Counted from the first letter of the stretch, positions 23,670 through 34,041 are shown. The stretch: 64,000 nt of DNA from Nitrospirota bacterium (GCA_963737155.1 CAVTRN010000001.1:96001-160000); one strand, 5' to 3'. Numbers and translations are program-made. Notes: a model not told the origin generated them from the letters alone.

Positions 23670-24152
23670 ATGCAGACAGCCGCATTACACGCAGATACAC
23701 TCCAGCTTGTCAGTTTCAGGCTCGGAACGCAGAGATACGCAGTAGATATCCTAAGGGTTCAGGAAATCGATAATATGAAAGAGATCACCTGTATCCCGAA
23801 TGCGCTGCCTTATCTCGCCGGAGCGATCAATCTCCGGGGCAAAGTGATTCCCGTGCTTAGTTTGAGAACAAAGTTCGCCATGGAAAAAAACGGCGACAAC
23901 GAAAAGGAAAAAATCGTCATTATCGATATTAAGGGCACGGTAATGGGGATCATAGTGGACTCAGTTTCGGATGTATTACGAATCCCCTCGGATGTGATAG
24001 AGCCGCCGCCGCAGGTATCATCACGTTTGAACTCGGGATTAATCCGTGGGATCGCGAAGCTGCAGGAGGGGTTGGTCCTCATACTGGATATGGACAAGCT
24101 GCTGGACTCTGATGAACACGATGCCATTATTAATGTGGAACAGCTTGCATAG
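23670..24152 (+). CDS. cheW: Chemotaxis coupling protein CheW
   Basis: LVSFRLG...VQEI, GAINLRGKVIPV and GIIVDSVSDV. AAGGAG RBS. Confidence 0.93.
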   Translation: MQTAALHADTLQLVSFRLGTQRYAVDILRVQEIDNMKEITCIPNALPYLAGAINLRGKVIPVLSLRTKFAMEKNGDNEKEKIVIIDIKGTVMGIIVDSVSDVLRIPSDVIEPPPQVSSRLNSGLIRGIAKLQEGLVLILDMDKLLDSDEHDAIINVEQLA

Positions 24153-24429
24153 GAAAGGAGCATTCAGTGTTCTAACGGTTGCTGAACATCCGCTGAATGA
24201 TTCAGGGTTGGAAGGCCCCCTGGCGTATAACTTTTGTTGGAAAGAAAGGGTGTATCGCAGCTGATGTTATTTAATACAAACGTAAAATATTTTGTATCAG
24301 TCAAAACAGTGAAGTTATTGATTTTATAGTGTTACTTTTGCAACATTGTCACAATATTCTGTGCGTTTATATTAGTAGCAATACTACCATTTATTCTATC
24401 AATTTTACATGTTTGCATTGGGGACGGAT

Positions 24430-24786
24430 ATGAACAAGCAAACAGTACTCGTTATTGATGATGATGTAAATACCAGAGAATGCCTAAGCATACTACTGGA
24501 AGGTGACGGTTTTGAGGTTACAGGCTGCGAAAACGGCGTTGTCGCCCTTGAGTTGATTAAAGAAAACTGCTTTGAAACGATAATCATTGATTATCATATG
24601 CCCCAAATTAAAGGCGATGAGGTTGTAAAGCGATTACGGGTGCAGTGCTCTCAAGCTTACATAATCGGGATCAGCGTGGAGGACAAGCGCCGGGTTTTTA
24701 TGGATGCTGGCGCAAATACATTTGTAGCCAAAAGCGACATCATTCATGCATTAGCGTCGTTGATAAAAAACAAAAAGGGTTTATAG
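24430..24786 (+). CDS. Single-domain response regulator
   Basis: VLVIDDD, IIDYHMP and GANTFVAK. Confidence 0.85.
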   Translation: MNKQTVLVIDDDVNTRECLSILLEGDGFEVTGCENGVVALELIKENCFETIIIDYHMPQIKGDEVVKRLRVQCSQAYIIGISVEDKRRVFMDAGANTFVAKSDIIHALASLIKNKKGL

Positions 24787-24872
24787 CAATATAATCAAAC
24801 AACACTATTGAACTCAAGATTTTACTGCAAACCCGACAACGACGATGAAAGGTCTGACACTGACTCACAACT

Positions 24873-27800
24873 ATGAAAATCTTCAGGATGACCATAGATT
24901 CCAAAAAGACCATCGTTTCAATTGCGCTGGGGCTAGCAGGCACTGCGGGGAGCCTCCTCTCTTTCAACTTTGCATTCCCACCCCACAGGGTTACGATAGT
25001 CTGGGGTCTTTTTCTGCCGATGCTTGCGGCTCTGGCGTATGGATGGCGCCATGCTCTCATAGCGGTAACATTGGGCGGTGCCGGCTTTATTTCGTTTATT
25101 CTCTGGCCTACGAGCGGGTGGGCAAATGTAGTGACTGTCGTTCTTTATGTGGGGTGGTATCTCTGGCAGGGCTATTGTGCTGACCTAAGGCGCAGAAAAA
25201 CAGCATGGTGGAATAACATTTACGGCGCTCAGGCACTGTACGCAGTTTTTTATAATGTTCTGCTGTTTGGAACTTTTCCTTGGATATTCCGGTTCAATCC
25301 TCCCTTCTGGTATCCGGCTGCAGCAACCTCTATGCCGTACGAGATCATTGCTGGCATTGCAGTAAAAGAAACCTTCATGATGTTTCTCAGCGTTTATGCG
25401 AGCGACCTGCTCCTGCATCTGCCCGCGATCCGCCGGATCGTAGGTCTCCCTGTCTCCTCATCAATGCGTATTTATTCAAAGATCCTCCTCTCGACGGTCC
25501 TGATCAGCTTTACGGTCATGGTATTCTTTTCCGCTCTAGAAGGATTTCTTTTCGAACATGATTTTGCAAAAGCCCTGACGCAACTTGCTGTTGACGATAT
25601 TAAACGACTCGTGATTCTAATCGTTCTTCTCAGTACGGCCGCTGGATTACAGTTGGCAAAGTCTATGGAAAAACGCATTGATGCTGAAGATGCTTTGCGT
25701 GCCAGCGAAGAACGGTTCTTCACAATCTTCAATTCTGTCAATGATGCTATTTTTATCCATGATGCAGACACCGGAGTTATCCTGGATGTGAATAAAAAAA
25801 TGTGCGAAATGTTCGGCTATTCACGCAAGGAAGCATTGATGGCTGATATCGGCAAACTCAGTTCCGGCATTTCACCATATACTCTGGAAGACGCCGTTAC
25901 CAAAGTGAGGAGGGCGGCGTCCGGAGAGCCACAGCTAGTCGAATGGCACTGCAAACATAAGGATGGACGACTCTTCTGGGGAGAGATCAATATGAAGCGC
26001 GCCTCAATCGGAGGAACGGATCGTGTGCTGGTAACGGTGCGTGATGTTACGGAGCGCAAACTGGCCGCAGAGAAACTGCAGGAGAGTGAGCGCCGCTACC
26101 GCACGCTTTTTGAGTCGGCAAATGACGCCATCCTTCTGATGCGATATGACCGCTTTGTCGCTTGCAACACGAAAGCGCTTGATATGTTCGGATGCACCCG
26201 CGGACAGATACTCGGGAAGGCTCCCTATAGCTTCTCTCCTCCCACCCAGCCCGATTTAAAAGGCTCCATGGAGAAGGCCATCGAGAAAATGAACACTGTG
26301 TTGCTGGGACATCCCCAGATTTTTGAATGGGTCTATAACAAAAGAGACGGAACGCCTTTTACCGCCGAAGTTAGCTTGAACAGTGTTGAACTGGGCACGA
26401 GGACATTTATCCAGGCCATTGTGCGCGATATTACCGAACGCAAGCGTGTCGAACAGGCACTAATGCGCGAGAAAGTGTTTTCCAATGTTGTTATCGACAG
26501 CCTGCCCGGAGTGTTTTATATCTGCGATGAGGAAGGGAAACTTCTCCGTTGGAACAATAACGAAAAAGAAACAACCGGATATTCCATCGCGGAACTCTCA
26601 GAAATGAACGTGCTGAAGCTGTTCCACAAAGATCGGCAACTTGTCGCGACCAAAATGCACGAGGTGCTGGATTCCGGACGCTCCTCTTTGGAGGCATCGC
26701 TTATTACAAAAAGCGGGACGCCCATCCCGTTCTACTTGACAGGGTGCCGTATGGTCCTGGATGGGAAACGATATGTAGTCGGAATCGGCATCGATATATC
26801 GGAGCGCAAAAAGCTCGAAGGTCAGCTTCATCAAGCGCAGAAATTGGAGGCTATCGGTGCGTTGGCAGGAGGCATCGCCCATGACTTCAATAATATCCTG
26901 TCGGCTATAATAGGATATGCCTCAATTCTTCAAATGAAAATGAAGCCGCATGACGCTTTACGTCATCATGTCGAGCAATCCTCGCTTCTTCAGAACGGGC
27001 GGCGGGATTAACAAAGAGCTTGCTCGCATTCACCAGAAAGCAGCCGATAGAGTTAAAGCCCGTTAATATCAATGAAATGATATGCGGATTTCAAAAGATC
27101 TTGACTAGGCTAATTGGCGAGGATATTGATTTCAGGGTGAATACCGCTCTTGGCGATCTCGTGGTGGAATCGGACAAAGGCCAACTTGAGCAGGTGCTGA
27201 TGAATCTCGTCATGAACTCTAGAGACGCCATGCCCCTTGGCGGCAAACTGATTGTAACTACGGATAGAGTGGCCATAACCGATAATCATGGCGAAATACC
27301 CCGCGGGTCGTATGCGGTTATAACAGTGACGGATACCGGCTGCGGTATGGATAAGATCATTCAGGAGCATATTTTCGAACCCTTCTTCACGACGAAAGAG
27401 GTAGGAAAAGGAACCGGTCTGGGTTTGGCAATCGTCTATGGTGTTATTAAGAAACATAATGGTTTTATCCACGTTTACAGCGAGCCGGGAATGGGAACGA
27501 CATTCAAAATCTACCTTCCTCGCATATCCCGAATCGAGCAGGCAGAAAGCTCGCAACAGCAGGCTCCTTTACTGCACGGAACGGAAACAATCCTTCTGAT
27601 AGAAGATGATTCAACCGTGAGGAATGTTACGAAGGATATTCTTAAGGAGTTTGGTTATACAGTTTTGGAAGCGGTTAATGGAGAGAATGCGGTAAAGGTT
27701 TTTCGCGAAAATCAAGAACGAGTGCAGATTGTCCTCTGCGACCTAATCATGCCAAAAATGAACGGGCAGAAGACCTATGAGGAATTGTTAAAAATCTGCC

Positions 27801-27946
27801 CCGGCCTCAAGGTAATCTTTATGAGCGGTTATACAGCGGATATCATCAATCAGAAAGGAATCTTGGGTCAAGGGACAAATTTCATTTCAAAACCGATGAG
27901 TTTGACCGACTTATTAAACAAAGTGAGAACAGTTCTGGATTCGTAA
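24873..27946 (+). pseudogene. Hybrid PAS sensor kinase split by a 1-bp deletion near 26977
   Basis: ORF 24873-27011 ends after AHDFNN...RHHVEQ. Restoring one A (CAA ATC) gives EQILASSERAAGLTKSLLAF, in frame with the 27020-27946 HATPase-REC part. Confidence 0.85.
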
Positions 27947-28317
27947 ATGAGCTTTATGTCAGAGAAATCATGGATACGCATCGCGCTCCCAATCGACATC
28001 CCCAGTTCTCAGGAAAATATATATACACGCAAGATACACCAAGGATTCTTTGCCCTTGTCACAATATTGACATGACACATTTGTAGATAAAACCTACAAT
28101 TTCAGAAAGAAGTAACTCTCGCGAACTTCAGGATGAAGTTGATGATTGTTTTCACTTTTTGAAATTACGAGATCGTAGGTTGAAGTGTTGGACTCTATCC
28201 GATTATTATATACTCATCTATGGGTTGAAACATGCAACACCACAATATGATTTTCTTGCCTAAATATTATTTGCGCGATAAATTTACCTAATTCACTGGT
28301 AGGAAAGAACCGAAATT

Positions 28318-28460
28318 GGTGGATGATTTCAATCGGAATCAACATCTGGTAAAAATGAATCGGAATGATTGGAAGGAATCATTTGTAGCGTGTGGTAGAT
28401 TTACTGGATTGACCGGAAGGAATCACCCGGAATAAGTGGAAGGATTCATCGGAATGTGCA
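28318..28460 (-). repeat. IS21-type right end with about 6 internal repeats
   Basis: Reverse complement reads TGCACATTCCGATGAATCCTTCCAC-TTATTCCGGGTGATTCCTTCC...GTAAATCTACCA...ATTCCGATTGAAATCATCCACC. Confidence 0.75.
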
Positions 28461-28490
28461 AATAAACAGCGATTCAGCACAGATATGGAT

Positions 28491-28949
28491 TTATTCCTCG
28501 TCTTTCAGCTGATCTTTCAGTGCCCGATCAAAAGTGATAATCCTGCCGCCGTGCTTCTTTTGAAAGGTCGCGGCCAGCGTTTTGGAGGAAAATGCAACCC
28601 TGCTGGTGTAGCTCATCACGCCGGGAATATCGCTCCCTTCGAGAAAGTATGCCTTGTCTGCATCGAGCAATTTCCCGGTCAGAAAATCAGCCACTTTTAC
28701 TCCTTTGATTCTGCCCTCGTTCTGATTGATGAGCCTGGCCGCGCAGGCCAGGCTGCAAGTCGATTTTGTCGTATCGTCATTGAAGAGAATTACAAGGCGA
28801 GTTTTTCCATACAGGTCCAGATACATGCCGCAGACGGCACAACTCTCCCTTTCAGTCGCGTGCGCACTGGCATAGATTCCGGTTACAAAAAAAGCTGTAA
28901 TAATCAGGGATGCTGTCTTTCGGATGATAGCGTTCAAATGTTTTCCCAC
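28491..28949 (-). CDS. NosL-family periplasmic metal-binding protein
   Basis: Signal peptide, CAVCGM, CSLAC, VADF...DADKAYFLEGSDIPGVM and AF...F...HGG. Confidence 0.85.
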   Translation of the reverse strand: MGKHLNAIIRKTASLIITAFFVTGIYASAHATERESCAVCGMYLDLYGKTRLVILFNDDTTKSTCSLACAARLINQNEGRIKGVKVADFLTGKLLDADKAYFLEGSDIPGVMSYTSRVAFSSKTLAATFQKKHGGRIITFDRALKDQLKDEE

Positions 28950-28970
28950 ACGCTCCTGGTACCCATATTT

Positions 28971-29438
28971 CTACATCGTCCCCATTGGTTGCTCCATGCC
29001 TTCCGGATCCTTTGCCCTTCTCTTGAGTGCGGCCTCATAACTAAAGATTGTTCCACCAAAACCCTTCTTGAACATCTCGGCCTGTTTCTTCGACTTGAAA
29101 GCGATCCAGCTCGGAGCACAGGAAGGCACTGCCTTGCTCTTGTACAGATACACCGCCTTCTCAGCGCCCATCCACTCTCCGGTTATGAAGTCCCTTGTTT
29201 TCGCCGACTGAACCTTGCCCATATCAGTAGCCAGGACCCAGAGCCCGCAGTGCGCGCAACAATAGTGGACCTCCTCTCCCGTCTTCATGGTAACGACAAA
29301 TGCGGTATTCTGATGCTCGGAAATCGACATCCCGCAGGTCGGGCATTTATCCTGCGCTGTCTGCGCTGTCACTGCTACTGCGGAAACAAGGACGAGCAAC
29401 ACTGCGAGTGCAAGCACAACTGTTTTAACGTTTTTCAT
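28971..29438 (-). CDS. NosL-family periplasmic metal-binding protein
   Basis: Signal peptide, CPTCGM, CCAHC, RDFITGEW...A.KAVY and IAFKSKKQAEMF...FGG. AAGGAGG RBS. Confidence 0.82.
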   Translation of the reverse strand: MKNVKTVVLALAVLLVLVSAVAVTAQTAQDKCPTCGMSISEHQNTAFVVTMKTGEEVHYCCAHCGLWVLATDMGKVQSAKTRDFITGEWMGAEKAVYLYKSKAVPSCAPSWIAFKSKKQAEMFKKGFGGTIFSYEAALKRRAKDPEGMEQPMGTM

Positions 29439-29507
29439 GAACCCTCCTTTTAGATTAAGACAGCATCCCTGACTGACTAAGCATATCACAATTTCAGCAA
29501 AAGCGTT

Positions 29508-29975
29508 TTAACGGGCTTCTTTGGCCAGATCTTCCCGCGCAGCAGCAAGGGCTTCGTCCCAGGAAACGATTTTTCCGCCATAAGATGCAATAAATTTGTC
29601 GGCGGCATTCTTTGATGCGAAGGCCCACTTGGCGCGTATTGTCATCACGCCGGCTTTTTTACCGCCCAAAACCCAGACCGCCTTTTCAGTGTCGATGAGC
29701 GTACGAGTATTGCGGTCGGCAACGAGAAGAGCCTTCACTTTGCGTCCTTGATGCGCATTAATTTCGATGAGTGCGCAGTGGAGGCTGCAGACCCCGACCT
29801 CCGACCCATCCTCGTACTGGATCAGCATTCTGCTGAATCCATAGGCTTTTCTGTCCATGCCGCAGTTGGCACAATTGCGGTTAACCTCGATGTCGGACTG
29901 GGCCAATACGGACATTCCGGTAATACCAAACAGGATCACGATAAGGAGGGTTGATGCAGCATGTTTTAGCTTCAT
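29508..29975 (-). CDS. NosL-family periplasmic metal-binding protein
   Basis: Signal peptide, CANCGM, CSLHC, GVMT.RAKWAF and F...YGG. Confidence 0.85.
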   Translation of the reverse strand: MKLKHAASTLLIVILFGITGMSVLAQSDIEVNRNCANCGMDRKAYGFSRMLIQYEDGSEVGVCSLHCALIEINAHQGRKVKALLVADRNTRTLIDTEKAVWVLGGKKAGVMTIRAKWAFASKNAADKFIASYGGKIVSWDEALAAAREDLAKEAR

Positions 29976-30010
29976 TGATCTGAACTCCTTCAGAAATAAA
30001 TTTCATCAGA

Positions 30011-30562
30011 TTACGTCAGGCTTGCAAGTATGGCCTGGAGCCGTGTACCATCATTGTACTCCTCGTTCATCTGTACCACGCCATTCTTATCTATGACAAC
30101 CGTGATTCCCATCGTGGCCTGGTACAGATTCAGAACGGTTTGCTGGGTGTCCGCCAGCACGTCGAATCCCGCTCCGGTATATCCGGCCGCTGTTTCCCAG
30201 GAGAGTGCCTCAGCAACGGATGCGCAGGTGTAGTCTACGACATAAAAACGAACATTTGGAAAGGCGGGAATCACGGTAGAGCGCAGGCTGTCAAGATTGC
30301 CTTCGCATATGGGGCACCACTCCATGGCGAAGTATAAGACAACTCCCTGAGTGGTCGGGATCACGGATGAAAGCGTGATAGTGTTTCCCAAAGTGTCGGA
30401 AAGTGTAAAATTCGGTGCATTCTGACCGACAGCGGGCCCGGTTGTTCCCGCCTGTTCAGTGGGAACTTTGTTTCTGTCTGATGGATCGAGATCGCTCAAG
30501 TTGCCGCATCCGGCAAAGAGCACCAAACTCAGCAGGAACACACACATCTTACCTGAACCCAT
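30011..30562 (-). CDS. Redoxin/peroxiredoxin-like lipoprotein (thioredoxin fold)
   Basis: Lipobox FAGC, APNFTLSD, WCPIC and VVIDKNGVV. Confidence 0.8.
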   Translation of the reverse strand: MGSGKMCVFLLSLVLFAGCGNLSDLDPSDRNKVPTEQAGTTGPAVGQNAPNFTLSDTLGNTITLSSVIPTTQGVVLYFAMEWCPICEGNLDSLRSTVIPAFPNVRFYVVDYTCASVAEALSWETAAGYTGAGFDVLADTQQTVLNLYQATMGITVVIDKNGVVQMNEEYNDGTRLQAILASLT

Positions 30563-31520
30563 AGCTGACTCCTACTGTATAAATTTCAGTTGCCGGAAAG
30601 TTACTGCCCCACCCATTACGCGGTATGGCATTGCTACACGAAACACGGACGACCCAATCACGGTCGGTGCTGGAATAAGCGATAGTTCCTCCGTACGCAT
30701 CCTTCTGGAAACCGCTTTCAGGCTCACTCCTGCCGTTAATGGTCACATTCTCTTCCCGAAGGGTCGATAGCGAGACGGTCCCTGTCAGTGTGTCTCCCGC
30801 CGTACCGATATAATAAATATACCCCAGGGACGCAGCGGCTAATGTGCGGTCCCCCAGTTTTTCCTCGAATGGCTGCACGTACCTATCATACTCGCGGTCA
30901 ACCGGTCGCTGAAGATAAGTCCCGTACGAGAGAGTAACGGAAGCAGTCCAGGGATGTATTGTCTTCGAGATCAGAACATTTCCGTCAAACCGATAGAAAC
31001 CGCGGCCGGTAATATCATAACTGCTCGTTTTATAGTCATAGGGAGATATCCCCGTCGGGATGAGGACCGACGGGCCAATCGTAACTGAGGGCACCAGGTC
31101 CTTCAAGCCCCGAATTTTCCATGCTGATTTGTCCTCCAGGGCTTCATACCAGAGGTTCATCGTCGTGTCGCCTATATTGCTGTAATAGGCAGAACCATTC
31201 GAATATTGGTTGTTATTCCAGACATAAGGAACGCTTATGCTGGCCTGCCAGTTTTGAGCGAGGCGGTGCGCATAGCCGGCATTCAGGCGGTACTGATATC
31301 CTACCGGTGCATACGTGTATACACCCTGTGGGCTCCAAAAACCTTCGTACTTTTCCGAATCAAAAGAAACATCGATCATGCTTTGATATATCTTCGGCAA
31401 CACCAAGGCCGCACCGCCACCGCCACCGCAGCAGGAACCTGCAAAGGCAGGCATTGACAGTAAACATGCGGCCCCCGTTAAGAGGGCCGCATAAATAACA
31501 GTAGAGATATATTTGTTCAT
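30549..31520 (-). CDS. Outer-membrane beta-barrel (transporter-like) with N-terminal SCCGGG motif
   Basis: Signal peptide (AFA), mature N-terminus GSCCGGGGG, GD-x-x-x-x-L and PTG motifs, alternating strands ending in VGVSYGFR. Confidence 0.7.
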   Translation of the reverse strand: MNKYISTVIYAALLTGAACLLSMPAFAGSCCGGGGGAALVLPKIYQSMIDVSFDSEKYEGFWSPQGVYTYAPVGYQYRLNAGYAHRLAQNWQASISVPYVWNNNQYSNGSAYYSNIGDTTMNLWYEALEDKSAWKIRGLKDLVPSVTIGPSVLIPTGISPYDYKTSSYDITGRGFYRFDGNVLISKTIHPWTASVTLSYGTYLQRPVDREYDRYVQPFEEKLGDRTLAAASLGYIYYIGTAGDTLTGTVSLSTLREENVTINGRSEPESGFQKDAYGGTIAYSSTDRDWVVRVSCSNAIPRNGWGSNFPATEIYTVGVSYGFR

Positions 31521-31532
31521 TATAAATTGAGA

Positions 31533-33131
31533 TTACATGCCCGGAGTAACCAGGAACGTAGCATACGCATTCGATCCCGATGGAGCGTTGCCATCCGTGG
31601 TTTTGTTCTGGCCGTTGACATTCAATTTGATGTAGATCGTTGCTGTCTGGCCGGAAACGAGTCCGGTCAAGCCTGACAGGGACCAGTGGCCGTTTCCATT
31701 ATCCACACCCGTCACGGAGGGCGAGAAGCTGCTGCTCATCGATGCCTGAAGCGTCGTCGGTTGGCTAACCGTAACCGTTCCAGTAGCGTCGCTGATTACC
31801 GAACCGATGGAAACGGGTACGAAATTCATAAACATGTTTTCACTGTACGAGATGTACAGATTAAGCGTTGGTGTGGCAGCGCTGACCGGTCCGTCATTAA
31901 ACAGGATGTAGTCATTCGTTTGGGTTCCGGACATGGAGGAGACGATATCGTCGGGACCAGACAACGTTGTCCAGATCGTATCGGTACCCATTCCCATGCT
32001 GACGGACGGATAGAAGATAGCCGATTCCATGTCCGTTCCACTTGTGACCGTAAGCGCCCAATATCCCATTCCCGGACCGCTACCCATGAGGTAATAAATT
32101 GTACAATCGTATACTCCCGGAGTAGTGTCTTCCGTGACGATATCCACAGGGGTGCTCATGAACCCACTTGTCCCCATGTTCATCACGGGCATCAAAGATA
32201 CGGTCAATCCAGTTGAAGGAGAACCATCGCTTCTATTGGTGATGTGAATTTGGAAGGATGTCTTTCCTGTTGTTGCCGCCATCATGCCGGGAATATATTG
32301 CACCACGTACGTATTGGTGAGTGCTACTTTTGAGAATGGCAGTTCTCCTCCTATGTCGGATCCTGTCAGGCCGGTGAGGTTTGAAGTCGTATTTGAGAGA
32401 TAGCTGATCATAGCCTGCTCATATCTGTTTTGAATATCCTCGGGAAGGCTCACTGATCCGGCAAAAGCAGTCAAAATCCCATTATTGCCTGCGAGATCTT
32501 TAGCGAGGGTATTAAGCAGCTCTCCCTGTTCGTCAGGACTGAATCCCAAGGATGCGTTAAGCTGGCTGAAAACGCCCGCATTGAAGGCAGCGAGCTGCGG
32601 ACCATTGGAACCGTTCGATGGCGTATTTGATGGCGCTACAGATATATCAGGAGTATATCCGAAAGCGTTGCTGAAATAAGCCTGAGCCCCGATAAATGTC
32701 AAGGTGCTATTCGTTGCGAGTTCATTATTAATGATTGTTGTGGCAGGGCTGATATTCACGTCGGCAGGTCCGGCCATGAGCGTTCCTCCCGGGACATAGG
32801 CCGCAAAGACGCCCGCCGTGGTCGTCAACCCGGTGGCTTCATCGGTATACGTTCCTCCAATTGCCTCAACTCTTAAATCCGATGTAAGAGCAGTTGACGG
32901 GATGTTCACATTGTAGGTACCGTTAGACGCTGTGTTCACAGGGCCAGCAATAGGATTCCCTGATGTGTTTAAAACTACTACGGAAGCACCTGCTACAGGA
33001 GCTGCATACAGCGATCCGGCTGTCGTCGTCATTGTTGCTGCGGGTGTACTACTGGAACTGCTGCAGGATGTGATAAATGTCGATACCGCTAAAAGAACCA
33101 TCATAAAAATAAAGTATGCCATTTTTTTCAT
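31533..33131 (-). CDS. Large lipoprotein with carboxypeptidase-regulatory-like domain and Met-rich YtkA/FixH-like domain
   Basis: Lipobox ITSC and Ser/Thr-rich Ig-like segments. Met-rich LMPVMNMG...STP...GVY...YYLMGSGPGMGYW segment. Confidence 0.65.
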   Translation of the reverse strand: MKKMAYFIFMMVLLAVSTFITSCSSSSSTPAATMTTTAGSLYAAPVAGASVVVLNTSGNPIAGPVNTASNGTYNVNIPSTALTSDLRVEAIGGTYTDEATGLTTTAGVFAAYVPGGTLMAGPADVNISPATTIINNELATNSTLTFIGAQAYFSNAFGYTPDISVAPSNTPSNGSNGPQLAAFNAGVFSQLNASLGFSPDEQGELLNTLAKDLAGNNGILTAFAGSVSLPEDIQNRYEQAMISYLSNTTSNLTGLTGSDIGGELPFSKVALTNTYVVQYIPGMMAATTGKTSFQIHITNRSDGSPSTGLTVSLMPVMNMGTSGFMSTPVDIVTEDTTPGVYDCTIYYLMGSGPGMGYWALTVTSGTDMESAIFYPSVSMGMGTDTIWTTLSGPDDIVSSMSGTQTNDYILFNDGPVSAATPTLNLYISYSENMFMNFVPVSIGSVISDATGTVTVSQPTTLQASMSSSFSPSVTGVDNGNGHWSLSGLTGLVSGQTATIYIKLNVNGQNKTTDGNAPSGSNAYATFLVTPGM

Positions 33132-33164
33132 TTTCCACCCTCCCCCTTGCGAAGTAAATAACTT

Positions 33165-33656
33165 CTATCTTAGCATTTCCTCAATTTCTTTTTCGTACAT
33201 CGGCAGAAACTCCTTGCCGAAACCCCGGTGTACATGTTGTATGATGCCGTTTTTGCCTATAAGGAACCCGGTGGGCAGACCGGAAACACGATAGGCGTCA
33301 TTGACACTGCCTCGTTTATCGAGCAATACGGGAAAGTTTACGGGGAATTTGCGAAGAAAATTCTTTACATCCGATTCAGAAGCATCGACGCTGACGGCGA
33401 TGACTTCGAAGCCCTCATGGTTGAACTTTTTATAGAGACGGTCAAGTTCCGGCAGCTCTTCCCGGCAGGGTGCACACCACGCAGCCCAGAAGGCGAGAAA
33501 AACGATTTTTCCCCTAAAGTCGTCGAGACTCACGGTTTTACCGATTGAATCCGTGAGGGTGAAAGATGGCGCGGTTACGAGAAATTGACCGGCATGGACG
33601 GATGCAGGCATTATCATGAGTATAATCATAATCAACAGAAAAGAATATTTGATCAC
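33165..33656 (-). CDS. TlpA-family disulfide reductase
   Basis: FWAAWCAPCREELP, AVSVD, FPVLLD and GLPTGFLI. Confidence 0.92.
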   Translation of the reverse strand: MIKYSFLLIMIILMIMPASVHAGQFLVTAPSFTLTDSIGKTVSLDDFRGKIVFLAFWAAWCAPCREELPELDRLYKKFNHEGFEVIAVSVDASESDVKNFLRKFPVNFPVLLDKRGSVNDAYRVSGLPTGFLIGKNGIIQHVHRGFGKEFLPMYEKEIEEMLR

Positions 33657-33892
33657 AACAATCCTCGGTAAAAATAAGAGATAATTATGACAGCAGGATT
33701 AGCTCTCGCCCATATGTCCTACTGTCAGGAACAAGACTGTAATCGCGTGAATAGGGAGCCTGTCTATGTGCGTCACGGCCGTCGTCACTGTGTCGATTAC
33801 GGACGGAACAAAATTTCTCCAGCCTACGTTCATCTCTTTTTAAGGGATGTGATGCATTTACCCGAACATCCACCCTGTTAATTTTATAATTA

Positions 33893-34039
33893 GTCGTTCA
33901 GGTTTTATAACCATTGTCCCTGTTCTTCGCACATCGAACAAATAAATTATTCCACAGTGATGTCTTGAACTGACGCAATGGCATATGTGCATGCCTCTTA
34001 CGAAAAAACACGGCAACTTTGAACTTTGGTTTTAACGAC
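33893..34039 (-). ncRNA. Structured leader element, copy A (internally deleted)
   Basis: Both ends align to copies B and C, but the ~95-nt hairpin/terminator core is missing. Confidence 0.55.
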
Positions 34040-34041
34040 AA

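Larger units (their letters stand above)
14782..28460. mobile_element. Non-autonomous IS21-type cargo element (13,679 bp) with 5-bp target duplication AATAA
   Basis: Left end TGCAGATTCCG and right end CGGAATGTGCA are inverted repeats (10/11 match). Both ends carry several ~22-bp ATTCCG...ATCCTTCCAC repeats. AATAA at 14777-14781 and 28461-28465. Confidence 0.75.

Noticed and set aside
28485-29453. 322-aa plus-strand ORF
   Set aside because: It is the antisense shadow of two NosL-like genes that have clear motifs and RBSs.
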